A DNA stretch of 64,000 bases from an uncultured Pelagibacteraceae bacterium. GTDB taxonomy: Bacteria; Pseudomonadota; Alphaproteobacteria; Pelagibacterales; Pelagibacteraceae. This document shows positions 37,173 through 48,737 of the stretch, piece after piece (the first letter of the stretch is position 1; each line of letters begins with the position of its first letter). The stretch is from assembly GCA_902569415.1 (NCBI GenBank), contig CACFUH010000001.1, positions 5,414 through 69,413 of the forward strand, read 5' to 3'. Position numbers and translations under genes: made by a program. The notes beneath the pieces are model-generated. The model was not told where the DNA came from and ran no database searches. It saw nothing but the letters and a program-made list of their open reading frames with translations.

Positions 37173-38534
37173 ATGAATAAAGATATTTTTTTAACAAATA
37201 GTCTTGGTAACAAAAAGGCAAAATTCATTCCAATTGATCCAAAAAAAATTGGAATGTATGTTTGTGGACCAACAGTTTATGATAATCCACATATTGGAAA
37301 TGCAAGACCTTTGGTTGTATTTGATATCTTGTTCAAAGTTTTAAAATGCAAATATGGAAATAATTCAGTTAGTTATGTAAGAAATATTACAGATATTGAT
37401 GATAAAATAATATCTTCATCAATCGAAAAAAATATTTCAATTGATGATCTAACAAAAAATATTACAAATATTTTTCATCAAGATTGCAAGTATTTAAATT
37501 GTGAAGCTCCCACAAACGAACCAAAGGCAACTGAAAATATTTCATTAATGATTGAAATGATTAATAAACTTATTCAAAATAAATTTGCATATGAAATCAA
37601 TAATCATGTTTATTTTGAAGTAAAAAAATTTAAAGATTATGGAAAATTATCAAATAAAAATTTAGATGAGTTAATTGCTGGTGCAAGAGTTGAGATTTCA
37701 GAAAACAAAAAAAATCCAGCTGATTTTGTTTTATGGAAACCATCGACAGAAAACGAACCTGCTTGGGATTCACCGTGGGGCAAAGGCAGACCCGGTTGGC
37801 ACCTTGAATGTTCAGTAATGTCAAAAAAATTTTTAGGAGATAAATTTGACATTCATGGAGGTGGAATGGATTTAATTTTTCCACATCATGAAAATGAAAT
37901 TGCACAATCCAGATGTGCTAATGGAAATGAGACATTTGCTAACTATTGGGTTCATAATGGATTTATAACAATCTCAAGTGAAAAAATGTCTAAATCACAA
38001 GGTAACATTTTAAAAATTAGTGACTTTAAAAATAAAGTAGGTGGACAAGTATTAAGATTAGCTTTGATTAGTGCACATTACAAACAACCTTTAGATTGGA
38101 ATAATAAACTTTTATCTGAGTGTGAAAAAACAATTAATAAATGGTATGAGAGTTATACAGATATTAAAAAACAAGTTTTAATTCCTGATGAATATCTTTC
38201 CCCATTGTATGACGATCTAAATACACCAGGTTATATTGCTAATCTTCATAAATTATTTGAAAAATCTCAAAAAGGTTCTACTAAGGATAAAGAAATATTT
38301 GTTTCAGCTTGTAATTTTATTGGTTTATTAAATGAAAGTAAAAACTCATGGGATCAATTTAAGCAAAGTAAATCAAAAATTTCCGAAGAAGAAATAAACC
38401 AAAAAATTGCAGAAAGAAATAACGCTAGAAAAAATAAAGATTATAAAGCAGCTGATGAAATCAGAAATAAATTATTAGACAAAGGAGTTTTAATTGAAGA
38501 CAAAGATGATAAAACCCTTTGGAAATTTAAATGA
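37173..38534 (+). CDS. cysS: Cysteine-tRNA ligase
   Basis: CGPTVY, HIGN, GRPGWHLEC, KMSKS. Confidence 0.97.
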   Translation: MNKDIFLTNSLGNKKAKFIPIDPKKIGMYVCGPTVYDNPHIGNARPLVVFDILFKVLKCKYGNNSVSYVRNITDIDDKIISSSIEKNISIDDLTKNITNIFHQDCKYLNCEAPTNEPKATENISLMIEMINKLIQNKFAYEINNHVYFEVKKFKDYGKLSNKNLDELIAGARVEISENKKNPADFVLWKPSTENEPAWDSPWGKGRPGWHLECSVMSKKFLGDKFDIHGGGMDLIFPHHENEIAQSRCANGNETFANYWVHNGFITISSEKMSKSQGNILKISDFKNKVGGQVLRLALISAHYKQPLDWNNKLLSECEKTINKWYESYTDIKKQVLIPDEYLSPLYDDLNTPGYIANLHKLFEKSQKGSTKDKEIFVSACNFIGLLNESKNSWDQFKQSKSKISEEEINQKIAERNNARKNKDYKAADEIRNKLLDKGVLIEDKDDKTLWKFK

Positions 38535-40132
38535 GCAAAGAAAAAATACATATATTTGACACAACGTTGAGAGATGGTGCACAAACTCAAGGTGTTGATT
38601 TTTCAATAGACGATAAATTAAAAATAGCAAAAGCTTTGGATGATTTAGGAGTTGACTATATAGAAGGAGGTTGGCCTGGTGCTAACCCAACTGATACAGA
38701 GTTTTTTCAAAAAAAAATTAAATTTAATAATTCAATATTAACAGCATTTGGTATGACAAAAAGAGCTGGTAGAAGTGCTGAAAATGACCCAGGACTTTCA
38801 TCTATATTAAATAGCAATACACCAGCAGTATGTTTAGTCGGTAAATCTTGGGATTTCCATGTTGATGTTGCATTAGGAATATCAAATGCAGAAAATTTAG
38901 AAAATATTTCAGAAAGTGCAAAACTTTTTGTGAAAGAAAAAAAAGAATTTATGTTTGATGCAGAACATTTTTTTGATGGCTTTAAAAATAATAAAGAGTA
39001 TGCACTTTCATGTATTAAATCAGCATATGATAACGGAGCTAGATGGGTTGTGCTTTGTGATACAAATGGGGGAACCCTGCCTAATGAAGTTACAGATATT
39101 GTAAATGAAGTCACTAAATCAGTTCCAGGAAAAAATATTGGTATTCATGCCCATAATGATACAGGAAATGCAGTTGCAAATTCTCTTGCAGCAGTTTTAT
39201 CTGGCGCTAGACAAATACAAGGAACGATTAATGGGTTAGGAGAAAGATGTGGAAATGCAAATTTAATGTCTGTAATTCCAACTTTGCACTTGAAAGAAAC
39301 TTATTCAAATAGTTATGAAATAAACATTAAAAAAGAAAACATTGGTAAATTAACCCAGTGTTCAAGATTACTTGATGAAATATTAAATAGGAAACCCAAT
39401 CAACATTTACCTTATGTTGGTGCCGCTGCCTTTTCGCATAAAGGTGGTTTGCATGTTTCTGCTGTACAAAAAGATCCAAAAACATATGAACACATAAACC
39501 CTGAAGATGTAGGGAATGTAAGAAACATTGTTGTTTCTGACCAATCTGGAAAATCAAATATAGTTTCTAGACTAAAATCTATTGGAATAGATTTTAAACA
39601 AGATGATCCAAAAATAAAAAAACTTTTAGAAGAAGTAAAAGATAGAGAATTTATAGGTTATAGCTACGATGGAGCAGATGCATCTTTTGAACTACTAGCA
39701 AGAAGAATAATGGGAGAAATTCCAAGATATATTTCAATTAAAGAATACGATGTTTCTGTAAAAAAGAATAGTTCAGCAGAAATTATTTCCTCTGCAAAAG
39801 CCCAGTTAGAAGTTGATAAGAAATTAATTCTTTGTGAAGGAGAGGGTAATGGTCCTGTACACGCACTTGATAATGCAATAAGAAATAACGTAGACAAACT
39901 TGCAAAATATTCTCAGTATTTAAAAGATTTAAAATTAGTCGACTATAAAGTTAGAATTCTTAATACCGGAACGGAGGCTGTAACTAGAGTTTCAATTGAG
40001 AGCACAGATTCAAAAGGTAAAAACTGGTTTACAATTGGAGTTTCTCCAAACATTATTGATGCATCATTTAAAGCACTTGTTGATAGTTTAGATTATAAGC
40101 TCTTTAAAGATAAAGCACCTGCAAGTCTTTAA
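38531..40132 (+). CDS. cimA: Citramalate synthase
   Basis: DTTLRDGAQ, EGGWPGANP, FDAEHFFDG, HAHND, HKGGLH, GNGPV. Confidence 0.92.
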   Translation: MSKEKIHIFDTTLRDGAQTQGVDFSIDDKLKIAKALDDLGVDYIEGGWPGANPTDTEFFQKKIKFNNSILTAFGMTKRAGRSAENDPGLSSILNSNTPAVCLVGKSWDFHVDVALGISNAENLENISESAKLFVKEKKEFMFDAEHFFDGFKNNKEYALSCIKSAYDNGARWVVLCDTNGGTLPNEVTDIVNEVTKSVPGKNIGIHAHNDTGNAVANSLAAVLSGARQIQGTINGLGERCGNANLMSVIPTLHLKETYSNSYEINIKKENIGKLTQCSRLLDEILNRKPNQHLPYVGAAAFSHKGGLHVSAVQKDPKTYEHINPEDVGNVRNIVVSDQSGKSNIVSRLKSIGIDFKQDDPKIKKLLEEVKDREFIGYSYDGADASFELLARRIMGEIPRYISIKEYDVSVKKNSSAEIISSAKAQLEVDKKLILCEGEGNGPVHALDNAIRNNVDKLAKYSQYLKDLKLVDYKVRILNTGTEAVTRVSIESTDSKGKNWFTIGVSPNIIDASFKALVDSLDYKLFKDKAPASL

Positions 40133-40848
40133 TGTTTAATAATATTTCTTTTATTTTACATAAGCCTCAATTATCAGAAAATATTGGCGCTTGTGCTAGA
40201 GCAATGAAAAATTTTAATTTTTCTAAATTAATCGTAATAAATCCAAAACCGACTTTCCCCAATGATAAAATTGTTGCTACTTCAGTAGGAGCTAATGAAA
40301 TTATTAAAAAAAGTAAGGTTTATGGGAATTTAGAGCCAGCAATGAAAAATATTGATATTTTAATTTCAACAACTTCAAGATTTAGAAATAAAAATATAAA
40401 ACATATCAAGTTAAATGAACTTAATAAAATAGACTTTAGTAAAAAAGTTGCTTTTTTATTTGGACCAGAAGCTTCTGGTCTATCAAATAATGATATAAGC
40501 TTTTCAAACTATATATTACAAATACCCAGTAATACTAAATTTAAATCATTAAATTTATCACACAGTTTAATAATTGTGGCTCAAACTATTTTTCAATTAT
40601 TAAATATAAAAAAATCAAAATACTCTAAATCAAAAAAAATTAAACCTGCATCAAAAAAGAATATCCAATCCATGACAAATTTATGCATCAAACATCTCGA
40701 AGAAATAAATTTTTTCAAACCAAGAGAAAAAAAACCTAAAATGTTAGAAAATTTAAGAAGCATGTTTTATAAAATGGATTTATCTGAAAAAGAAACTCGT
40801 ATTTTATCAAGTGTATTTGCTAGTTTAGCTAAAAAAAAGGCTGATTGA
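40132..40848 (+). CDS. TrmJ/LasT family RNA methyltransferase
   Basis: ENIGACARAMKNF, FGPEASGL, SLNLSH. Confidence 0.88.
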   Translation: MFNNISFILHKPQLSENIGACARAMKNFNFSKLIVINPKPTFPNDKIVATSVGANEIIKKSKVYGNLEPAMKNIDILISTTSRFRNKNIKHIKLNELNKIDFSKKVAFLFGPEASGLSNNDISFSNYILQIPSNTKFKSLNLSHSLIIVAQTIFQLLNIKKSKYSKSKKIKPASKKNIQSMTNLCIKHLEEINFFKPREKKPKMLENLRSMFYKMDLSEKETRILSSVFASLAKKKAD

Positions 40849-40872
40849 CAAAATCAATCTTGTGTTTATAAA
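40845..40872 (+). promoter_or_regulatory. Putative rpsD promoter
   Basis: TTGACA-N16-TATAAA ending 12 nt before the ATG. Confidence 0.6.
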
Positions 40873-40884
40873 GCGTTCTATTAA

Positions 40885-41502
40885 ATGACAAAAAGATTAA
40901 ACTCTAAACACAAGGTCGATAGAAGGCTAAGAGTAAATCTATGGGGAAGGCCAAAGAGCCCATTCAATACAAGGGCATATCCACCAGGGCAGCATGGTCA
41001 ATCAAAATCATCTAAACCATCTGATTATGGAATTCAATTGAATGCTAAACAAAAATTAAAATCGTATTATGGAAATATGAATGAAAGACAATTCAGAAAT
41101 GTTTACAAAAAAGCTATAATGAAAAAAGGAGATACAGCAGAAAATTTAATTGGTTTATTAGAAAGAAGACTTGATGCTGTAATTTATAGATCAAAACTTT
41201 CTAATACTATTTTTTCTTCAAGACAATTAATTAATCATGGTCATGTTAGAGTTAACGGAAAAAAAGTTAACATTGCAAGTTATCAAGTTAGAGAAGAAGA
41301 TAGTATAGAGATTAGAGATAAATCAAAACAATTAGCTTTAATTGACATTGCTCTTGCTAATAAAGAAAGAGAAGTTCCAGAATATTTACAGTTAGACGAA
41401 AAAAATAAAAAAGTAAAATTTGTTAGAGTTCCTAAATTTGAAGAAGTTCCTTATCCAGTTGTAATGGAACCAAATCTAGTAATTGAATATTATTCTAGAT
41501 AA
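40885..41502 (+). CDS. rpsD: 30S ribosomal protein S4
   Basis: [38 protein letters not shown]. Confidence 0.98.
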   Translation: MTKRLNSKHKVDRRLRVNLWGRPKSPFNTRAYPPGQHGQSKSSKPSDYGIQLNAKQKLKSYYGNMNERQFRNVYKKAIMKKGDTAENLIGLLERRLDAVIYRSKLSNTIFSSRQLINHGHVRVNGKKVNIASYQVREEDSIEIRDKSKQLALIDIALANKEREVPEYLQLDEKNKKVKFVRVPKFEEVPYPVVMEPNLVIEYYSR

Positions 41503-41835
41503 TTATTTTTTATAATTAATTCCTTTATCTTCAAGAATCTTTTTAAGCTCTCCATTTTCGTACATTTCTTTTACGATATCGCATCCACCTACAAATTCCT
41601 TTTTAATATATAACTGAGGAATTGTTGGCCAATCACTAAATTCTTTTATTCCTTGTCTTAGTTTTTCATCTTCTAAGACATTAACACCTTTAAAATTCAC
41701 TTCTAAAAGTTTTAACATATTTATAACTGCCATTGAAAATCCACATTGAGGTGCATCTGGTGTCCCTTTCATGAAAAGGCAAACTTCATTACCTTCAATT
41801 TCTTTACTGATTAAATCATTTGTTTGTTGGTCCAT
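41503..41835 (-). CDS. grxD: Monothiol glutaredoxin
   Basis: FMKGTP, CGFS, WPTIPQLY, GGCDI. Confidence 0.95.
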   Translation of the reverse strand: MDQQTNDLISKEIEGNEVCLFMKGTPDAPQCGFSMAVINMLKLLEVNFKGVNVLEDEKLRQGIKEFSDWPTIPQLYIKKEFVGGCDIVKEMYENGELKKILEDKGINYKK

Positions 41836-41836
41836 A

Positions 41837-42064
41837 TTACTCCTTTGTTTTAATTGCTAACGCATGTAATTCATTTCCCATTTTTCCTTTTAATGAATTA
41901 TAAACCATTTTATGTTGCTCTATTTTACTTTTTCCTGCAAATGTAGACGATGTAACTGTTGCTGAATAATGATTACCATCGCCAGCTAAGTCTTGAATTT
42001 CTATTTTTGCATCTGGCATTGCCTCTTTAATTAATTTTTCTATTTCTTTTAAATCCATTGCCAT
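41837..42064 (-). CDS. BolA family protein
   Basis: GDGNHY, QHKMVY, LHALAI; adjacent to grxD. Confidence 0.92.
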   Translation of the reverse strand: MAMDLKEIEKLIKEAMPDAKIEIQDLAGDGNHYSATVTSSTFAGKSKIEQHKMVYNSLKGKMGNELHALAIKTKE

Positions 42065-42065
42065 T

Positions 42066-44258
42066 TTATTTATCCATATAATCCGCTAACCAATATTTAT
42101 TTGATTTAATCAAATCATCAATGTGTATAATTGGCTCTTTGTCTATTATTACATCTTTTTCGGCAACTAATCCAATCTCATCATAATGTACCGAATTATC
42201 CTTTAAGATCTTTTGCACTTTTGATAGGTTTTTAGGCTCAATTTCGATTATATATCTTCCTTGATCTTCACCAAAATAATAATCAAATTTATTAATTAAA
42301 ACTTTAGGTTTATTTAATTTAAACCCTTTTTTACCTTTTATTGCCATTTTTGAAACTGCCGTAATAATTCCTCCAAGCGATACATCGTGCAAAGAGTTAA
42401 TCAGCCCTTCAGCATTCAATTTTAGAACTGTTTCTCCATTATTTTTTTCATTGAATAAATTGACAACTGGCGGAGGTCCTTTTTTCTCATTTAATATATT
42501 TATAGCAAATACACTTTGATCTATGTGACCTTCAGTTTTTCCAATAACTAAGATTAAGTTTTCATTATTTTTTAGATTCATGGTGACTATTTTTTTATAG
42601 TCTTTAATTAAACCAACACCTCCAATAGCCGGTGTAGGCTTAATTCCTTTGTCTTTTGTTTCATTGTAGAAAGATACATTACCTGAAACTACTGGATAAT
42701 CTAAAAATTTACTTGCTTCATTAATGCCTTTAACGCATTCAACAAATTCACCCATATTTTTTTCCTTTTCTGGGTTACCAAAGTTTAAACAGTTGGTAAT
42801 AGCAATTGGTTTAGATCCACATGAAATCAAGTTTCTCCAACTTTCGCAGACAACTTGCTTTCCTCCTGTAAGAGGATGGGCATAACAATAAACAGCAGAA
42901 GAATCTACCGAAGTCGCAACAGCTTTTCTGGTACCATGTACCCTTATTACACCAGAGTCAGAACCAGGTTTTTGAATAGTATCACCCATAACTGTATGAT
43001 CATATTGTTCCCATATCCACTCTTTACTTGAAATATTTGGCAAACTTAAAATTTTTTTTAGAACTTCAGTTATTTTTAATTTTTTAAAATCATCTTTGTT
43101 AAATTTTATTTTCTGAGGAAGTTTTGTTTTTTTCCATTTTCGATCATAAATAGGTGCATTTTCTGCTAATATATTTATTGGAATTTCAGCAACCTTCTTG
43201 CTATCAAAAAGTAGTTCAATTTTTTTTGTATCTGTAGTTTTTCCTATTACTGCAAAATCTAAATTCCATTTGTCAAAGATTTTTTTTGCCTCTGCTTCTT
43301 TTCCATTCTCTAATACAATCAGCATTCTTTCTTGACTTTCAGATAACATGATTTCATAAGGTGTCATTTTTTCTTCACGGCATGGTACTTTATTTAGATT
43401 TAATTCAATACCTAAATTACCCTTAGATGCCATTTCAATACTAGAAGAAGTTAATCCAGCAGCACCCATATCTTGAATAGATATAATTGACTTTCCCGCC
43501 ATTAGTTCCAAACACGCTTCTAATAATAATTTTTCAGTAAAAGGATCTCCAACTTGAACTGTTGGTTTTTTTTCCTCAATTTTGTCATCAAAAATTGCTG
43601 AAGCCATACTTGCACCATGAATACCGTCACGTCCAGTTTTTGATCCAACATAAATTACCGGTTTATTTATACCTGCAGCTTTTGAGTAAAAAATTTTTTT
43701 TTTATTAACTAATCCTAATGTCATTGCATTAACTAAAATATTCCCGTTATAGGACTCATCAAAACTGGTTTGACCGCCTATAGTTGGTATACCCATACAA
43801 TTTCCATAACCGCCTATACCTTTAACAACTCCTCTTAATAAGTTCTTTGTTTTTGGATGTTGTGGAGAACCAAAATGAATAGAATTTAAATTTGCTATAG
43901 GTCTTGCACCCATTGTAAAAACATCTCTCATTATACCACCAACGCCTGTCGCTGCACCTTGATAAGGTTCTATAAATGAAGGATGATTATGACTTTCAAT
44001 TTTGAAAACAATTGCATCATCGTCTTCAATATCAATTATTCCAGCATTTTCACCAGGACCTTGAATAACTTTTTTTCCCTTGGTATTAAGTTTTTTTAAA
44101 TGAATTCTTGATGATTTGTATGAGCAATGTTCATTCCACATAGCAGAAAATATCCCAAGCTCAGTAATATTTGGTGTTCTTTTTAATAGATCACAAATTT
44201 TATTAAATTCTTCTTTTTTTAAGCCATGATCTATTGCAATTTGTTCGTTAATTTCCAT
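42066..44258 (-). CDS. purL: FGAM synthase subunit PurL
   Basis: [36 protein letters not shown]. Confidence 0.97.
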   Translation of the reverse strand: MEINEQIAIDHGLKKEEFNKICDLLKRTPNITELGIFSAMWNEHCSYKSSRIHLKKLNTKGKKVIQGPGENAGIIDIEDDDAIVFKIESHNHPSFIEPYQGAATGVGGIMRDVFTMGARPIANLNSIHFGSPQHPKTKNLLRGVVKGIGGYGNCMGIPTIGGQTSFDESYNGNILVNAMTLGLVNKKKIFYSKAAGINKPVIYVGSKTGRDGIHGASMASAIFDDKIEEKKPTVQVGDPFTEKLLLEACLELMAGKSIISIQDMGAAGLTSSSIEMASKGNLGIELNLNKVPCREEKMTPYEIMLSESQERMLIVLENGKEAEAKKIFDKWNLDFAVIGKTTDTKKIELLFDSKKVAEIPINILAENAPIYDRKWKKTKLPQKIKFNKDDFKKLKITEVLKKILSLPNISSKEWIWEQYDHTVMGDTIQKPGSDSGVIRVHGTRKAVATSVDSSAVYCYAHPLTGGKQVVCESWRNLISCGSKPIAITNCLNFGNPEKEKNMGEFVECVKGINEASKFLDYPVVSGNVSFYNETKDKGIKPTPAIGGVGLIKDYKKIVTMNLKNNENLILVIGKTEGHIDQSVFAINILNEKKGPPPVVNLFNEKNNGETVLKLNAEGLINSLHDVSLGGIITAVSKMAIKGKKGFKLNKPKVLINKFDYYFGEDQGRYIIEIEPKNLSKVQKILKDNSVHYDEIGLVAEKDVIIDKEPIIHIDDLIKSNKYWLADYMDK

Positions 44259-44941
44259 TATTTTAAATTTTCAAATAAGTTTTCAAAGAAAAAACTCCCA
44301 TCATTACTTGAGAGGCATTTATCTATTACTCTTTCAGGATGTGGCATCATTCCTAAGATATTTTTATTTTTACTAAAAATTCCAGCGATATTTTTTAACG
44401 CACCATTGGGGTTGTATTGCTCATCTTCCCTGCCTTTTTCATTACAATAAGTAACTGCAATTTGATTATTATCATTTAAAGATTTAATTTCGTCCTCAGA
44501 ACAAAAATAATTTCCTTCATTATGAGCAATATGCAATTCTAAAATCTCCTTTTTGATATTTTTAAAATACTTATTTTCTTTATTATTTATTTTCACATGA
44601 ACATTTTTACATATAAATTTTTGATATTTGTTTTGCAAAAGAACACCTGGCAACAAACCAGTCTCAGTTAATATTTGGAATCCATTACATATTCCTAATA
44701 CTAAGCCTCCTGAATTCGCAAATTCCACAACTGATTTAATTATTTTTGATTTTCCAGCTATACTTCCACATCTTAAATAGTCTCCGTAGGAAAAGCCACC
44801 AGGCAATACAATTAAATCACTTTTAGGAATCTCTTGATCATTATGCCAAACCATTTGATTTTTAAAACCAAATTTTTTTAGCGCAACATCCATATCTCTA
44901 TCACAATTTGATCCCGGAAATATTATTACAGCCGACTTCAT
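44258..44941 (-). CDS. purQ: FGAM synthase subunit PurQ
   Basis: [30 protein letters not shown]. Confidence 0.97.
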   Translation of the reverse strand: MKSAVIIFPGSNCDRDMDVALKKFGFKNQMVWHNDQEIPKSDLIVLPGGFSYGDYLRCGSIAGKSKIIKSVVEFANSGGLVLGICNGFQILTETGLLPGVLLQNKYQKFICKNVHVKINNKENKYFKNIKKEILELHIAHNEGNYFCSEDEIKSLNDNNQIAVTYCNEKGREDEQYNPNGALKNIAGIFSKNKNILGMMPHPERVIDKCLSSNDGSFFFENLFENLK

Positions 44942-44947
44942 CAATTT

Positions 44948-45181
44948 TTACAGAATTTTATAATCTTCAATTACTAAGTTAGCTAAAAGTTTTTTACACA
45001 TTTCTTCAACTTTATCTTTTGCCTTTTTTTCATCATTGGTATTAATTTCAATATCAAAATATTTGCCTTGCCTAATTTCTTTTACCTCAGGAAAATTCAT
45101 TCCATTTAATGTCTGCTGTATAGCTTTACCTTGAGGATCAAGCACTCCATTTTTTAGAGTAACAATTACTTTTACTTTCAT
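44948..45181 (-). CDS. purS: FGAM synthase subunit PurS
   Basis: VLDPQG, RQGK, LLANLVIEDY. Confidence 0.96.
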   Translation of the reverse strand: MKVKVIVTLKNGVLDPQGKAIQQTLNGMNFPEVKEIRQGKYFDIEINTNDEKKAKDKVEEMCKKLLANLVIEDYKIL

Positions 45182-45960
45182 TTACTTTTTTTAATTTTTA
45201 CTGCAGTTGGTTTAGAGAATTTTATTGGTCTTATGTTTGATTGTTCATGAAGAATTCCAAGCCTTCTAGCTACTTCTTGGTAGGCCTCTACAATATTACC
45301 TAAATCTTTTCTAAATCTATCTTTATCTAGTTTTTTATCAGTTTCTTGATCCCATAGTCTGCACGTGTCAGGGCTAATTTCGTCGGCAAGTATTATTGTC
45401 TCGTTTGACTTTGTTTTTCCAAATTCTACTTTAAAATCAACTAATTTAATTCCTATACCTCTGAACAGACCCTGAAGATAATCATTTATTCTTAAGCATT
45501 GTTCATTAATTAAGTCTAACTCAATTAAATTGAGCCATTTAAAATTTAAAATATGTTCACGAGAAATTATTGGATCTCCAAGTTTATCATCTTTTAAACA
45601 ATACTCAATTAATGGATAATCAAGTATTGTTCCTTCTTCAATTCCTAGTCTTTTTGTTAAAGATCCAGTTGCAATATTTCTAATTACAAATTCAATTGGA
45701 ATGATATTTACCAATTCAACAAGTTGTTCTCTCATATTTAATCTTTTAATAAGATGATTTTTAATTCCAATTTCTGAAAGAGATTTTAACAAGTGTTCTG
45801 AAATTCTATTATTTAGAATTCCTTTTCCATCTATATTTGCTTTTTTTTGATTGTTAAATGCGGTTGCATCATCCTTAAAATGCTGAATAACAGTATTTTT
45901 ATCACTTGTAGCAAAAATAATCTTTGCTTTGCCTTCGTAGAGTTTTTTACCTTTTTTCAT
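45178..45960 (-). CDS. purC: SAICAR synthetase
   Basis: LYEGKAK, FKDDATAF, DFKVEFG, ADEISPDTCRLWD. Confidence 0.97.
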   Translation of the reverse strand: MKKGKKLYEGKAKIIFATSDKNTVIQHFKDDATAFNNQKKANIDGKGILNNRISEHLLKSLSEIGIKNHLIKRLNMREQLVELVNIIPIEFVIRNIATGSLTKRLGIEEGTILDYPLIEYCLKDDKLGDPIISREHILNFKWLNLIELDLINEQCLRINDYLQGLFRGIGIKLVDFKVEFGKTKSNETIILADEISPDTCRLWDQETDKKLDKDRFRKDLGNIVEAYQEVARRLGILHEQSNIRPIKFSKPTAVKIKKSK

Positions 45961-47252
45961 TATTTAAACACTCTTCTAAAAATTAAATTTATATTTTTAA
46001 AATGAGAAGAGTAATTAAATATCGAATTTAATTTAGACTTGCTAATTTTCCTCATTATTAATTTATCTTTAGATATTAAATCAAACAAATTTTTATTTTC
46101 AGAGAAACATTTTTTTGAATGTGATTGAACAATTTTATAAGATTTTTCTCTACTCAACCCACTTTTTGTAAGTTCAAGCATTATTTCTTGAGAAAAAATT
46201 AAACCTTTTGTTAAATTGATATTTTGAATCATTTTTTTTGGATAAATTATCATTTTATCTAAAATATTTGCCAACCTATTTAAAGCAAAATCTAAAGTAA
46301 TATTTGCATCAGGACCTATATTTCTCTCAACACTAGAATGCGAAATGTCTCTCTCATGCCAAAGTGCTATATTTTCTAACGCAGGTGTTACATAACTTCT
46401 AACCATTCTGGATAGTCCAGTTAAGTTTTCGCTTAAAATAGGATTTTTTTTATGTGGCATTGCTGAAGATCCTTTTTGATCTTTTGAAAAAAACTCTTGT
46501 AATTCGTAAACCTCAGATCTTTGTAGATGTCTAATTTCAGTTGCTACTCTTTCAACTGATCCTGCAATAATTCCTAAAACAGAAAAATAAAATGCATGCC
46601 TGTCTCTTGGGATTACTTGCGTTGATATTGGTTCTACTTTTAAACCAAGTCTTTTTGCAACATGTCTTTCAATATTTGGATTTATGTTTGCAAAAGTTCC
46701 TACAGCACCCGAAATAGCGCAGCTAGATACTTCATCCATTGCATCAACTAATCTTTTCTTATTTCTTTTAAACTCTTCATAAAATGAAGCTAGTTTTAAA
46801 CCAAAAGTTATTGGCTCTGCATGAATTCCATGGCTTCTTCCAATACATGGGGTAAATTTATGTTTTTTTGCCTGTCTTTTTAATACTTTCAAAATTTGAT
46901 CTATATCTTTTAATAATATTTTTCCAGATTGAACTAATTGAATGTTAAAACTAGTGTCCAATACATCTGAAGAGGTCATTCCCTGATGAAGATAACGAGC
47001 TTTAATTCCAGCTTTTTCGGTAACTGAAGTTAAAAATGCAATTACGTCATGCTTTACTTTAGCCTCAATATCATGAATTCTTTTTACATTTATTTTAGCT
47101 TTTTTTCTTACTGTTGAAGAAACTCCTCTTGGTATTTGACCTAATTTTTCCATTGCTTGTGCTGCAGCTATTTCTACTTCAAGCCAAATTTTATATTTGT
47201 TCTCTTCAGACCAAATTGTTGTGAGTTCTTTTCTTGAATATCTAGCAATCAT
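45960..47252 (-). CDS. purB: Adenylosuccinate lyase
   Basis: KHDV, TSSD, GRSHG, SSAMPHKKNP, WHERDISHS. Confidence 0.97.
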   Translation of the reverse strand: MIARYSRKELTTIWSEENKYKIWLEVEIAAAQAMEKLGQIPRGVSSTVRKKAKINVKRIHDIEAKVKHDVIAFLTSVTEKAGIKARYLHQGMTSSDVLDTSFNIQLVQSGKILLKDIDQILKVLKRQAKKHKFTPCIGRSHGIHAEPITFGLKLASFYEEFKRNKKRLVDAMDEVSSCAISGAVGTFANINPNIERHVAKRLGLKVEPISTQVIPRDRHAFYFSVLGIIAGSVERVATEIRHLQRSEVYELQEFFSKDQKGSSAMPHKKNPILSENLTGLSRMVRSYVTPALENIALWHERDISHSSVERNIGPDANITLDFALNRLANILDKMIIYPKKMIQNINLTKGLIFSQEIMLELTKSGLSREKSYKIVQSHSKKCFSENKNLFDLISKDKLIMRKISKSKLNSIFNYSSHFKNINLIFRRVFK

Positions 47253-47255
47253 TAA

Positions 47256-48026
47256 TTATTTGTATGGAGGCTTAGAATAACCTTTAGCAGATTCTGTAAA
47301 GATTTCATATCCATTTTCAGTAATTCCTACAGTATGTTCAAATTGTGCTGATAGCGACTTATCTTTTGTAACTGCTGTCCAACCATCATTTAACACTTTT
47401 ACGTCATATTTTCCAAAATTAACCATTGGTTCTATTGTAAAAGTCATTCCTGGATAAATCTTGGTTCCAGTATTTTTTTTTCCATAATGCAAAATATTTG
47501 GAGGTTCATGAAATGTAGTACTTATTCCATGTCCACAAAAGTCTCTTACTACACTAAAACCTTTTTCTTCGATGTATGATTGAATTTCATTACCAATGTC
47601 ACCCAAACTTAATCCTGGTTTTAAAATATTGATGGCTTTCATCATTGAACTATAAGTTGCATCGATTAAATTCTTAGATTTAATTGAAACCTCTCCAATA
47701 GTATACATTCTACTTGTGTCACCATAATGGCCATCCAATATTGCAGTTACATCAATGTTTACAGCATCACCTTCGTTTAAAACTCTATCAGATGGTATTC
47801 CATGACAAACAACATGATTTAATGAAGTACATAGAGATTTTTTAAAACCTCTATAAAATTGCGGCGCTGAATAAGCTCCATGATCTTTTATAAATTCATA
47901 TCCAAGATTATCTATTTCATCTGTTGATACACCAGGTTTTATGTGATCCGTTAGCATATCTAAAGTTCTTGCAGCCAAATTTCCGGCAGCACGCATCTTT
48001 TCAAATTTTTCAGTATAATCACTCAT
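47256..48026 (-). CDS. map: Methionine aminopeptidase type I
   Basis: VCHGIP, NIDVT, HYGD, GHGI, FTIEP, AQFEHT. Confidence 0.96.
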   Translation of the reverse strand: MSDYTEKFEKMRAAGNLAARTLDMLTDHIKPGVSTDEIDNLGYEFIKDHGAYSAPQFYRGFKKSLCTSLNHVVCHGIPSDRVLNEGDAVNIDVTAILDGHYGDTSRMYTIGEVSIKSKNLIDATYSSMMKAINILKPGLSLGDIGNEIQSYIEEKGFSVVRDFCGHGISTTFHEPPNILHYGKKNTGTKIYPGMTFTIEPMVNFGKYDVKVLNDGWTAVTKDKSLSAQFEHTVGITENGYEIFTESAKGYSKPPYK

Positions 48027-48717
48027 CAATAATTTTTATTTTTTTATCTATTTTTATTTGTTTTGGATCAATTTTGCATTTGTAGGCAAGAAATTGAACC
48101 CCAGATTTTTTTGCCATTAAATAATTTTCATAATAGTCTTTATCTATATCTTTTGCTATTTTAAAATACTTCATATTTTCAATCTGTACCAAAAACAAAA
48201 CATAAGATTTAAAGCCTTTTTTTGATGCATCTATTAATGTTTTAATATGCTTAACTCCCCTAGATGTTGGAGCATCAGGAAACTCAGATATCTTGCTATC
48301 TCTAAATAGAGTAACATTTTTAACTTCTATAAATATATTTTTATTATCTTTATTTACCAAAAAATCAAAACGAGTTTCTTTATTATAAAATACTTCTGAT
48401 TTTATACTTTTTAAATTATTAAACTCTATAAATGAATTATTTTTAAGGCCCTCTGCAACAATCTTATTTGCTAGATGAGTGTTAACACCAACGAGGTTGT
48501 TTTTTACCTTAATTATTTCCAATGTATATTTTAGTTTTCTTTTTGGATCATCATTTTGTGAAATCCAAACATGATTATCTTTTTCCAGTAATCCCATCAT
48601 TGAACCAGTATTAGGGCAATGTGCTGTTATAATTTCTTTATTTGCTTTGATATCAGCAAAAAATCTCTTATATCTTTTTACAAGTTTGCCTTTAATTAAA
48701 GAATTGGTAAATTCCAT
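48019..48717 (-). CDS. sfsA: SfsA family nuclease-like protein
   Basis: RYKRFFAD, AHCPNTGSM, RFDF, EVKNV, FPDAPTSRG.KH. Start reassigned to ATG 48717. Confidence 0.92.
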   Translation of the reverse strand: MEFTNSLIKGKLVKRYKRFFADIKANKEIITAHCPNTGSMMGLLEKDNHVWISQNDDPKRKLKYTLEIIKVKNNLVGVNTHLANKIVAEGLKNNSFIEFNNLKSIKSEVFYNKETRFDFLVNKDNKNIFIEVKNVTLFRDSKISEFPDAPTSRGVKHIKTLIDASKKGFKSYVLFLVQIENMKYFKIAKDIDKDYYENYLMAKKSGVQFLAYKCKIDPKQIKIDKKIKIIDE

Positions 48718-48737
48718 ATTCAAAATATATATAAGAA

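Noticed and set aside
36390-40132. nadE-cysS-cimA as a novel pathway cluster
   Set aside because: Ordinary housekeeping genes; adjacency is explained by genome compaction.
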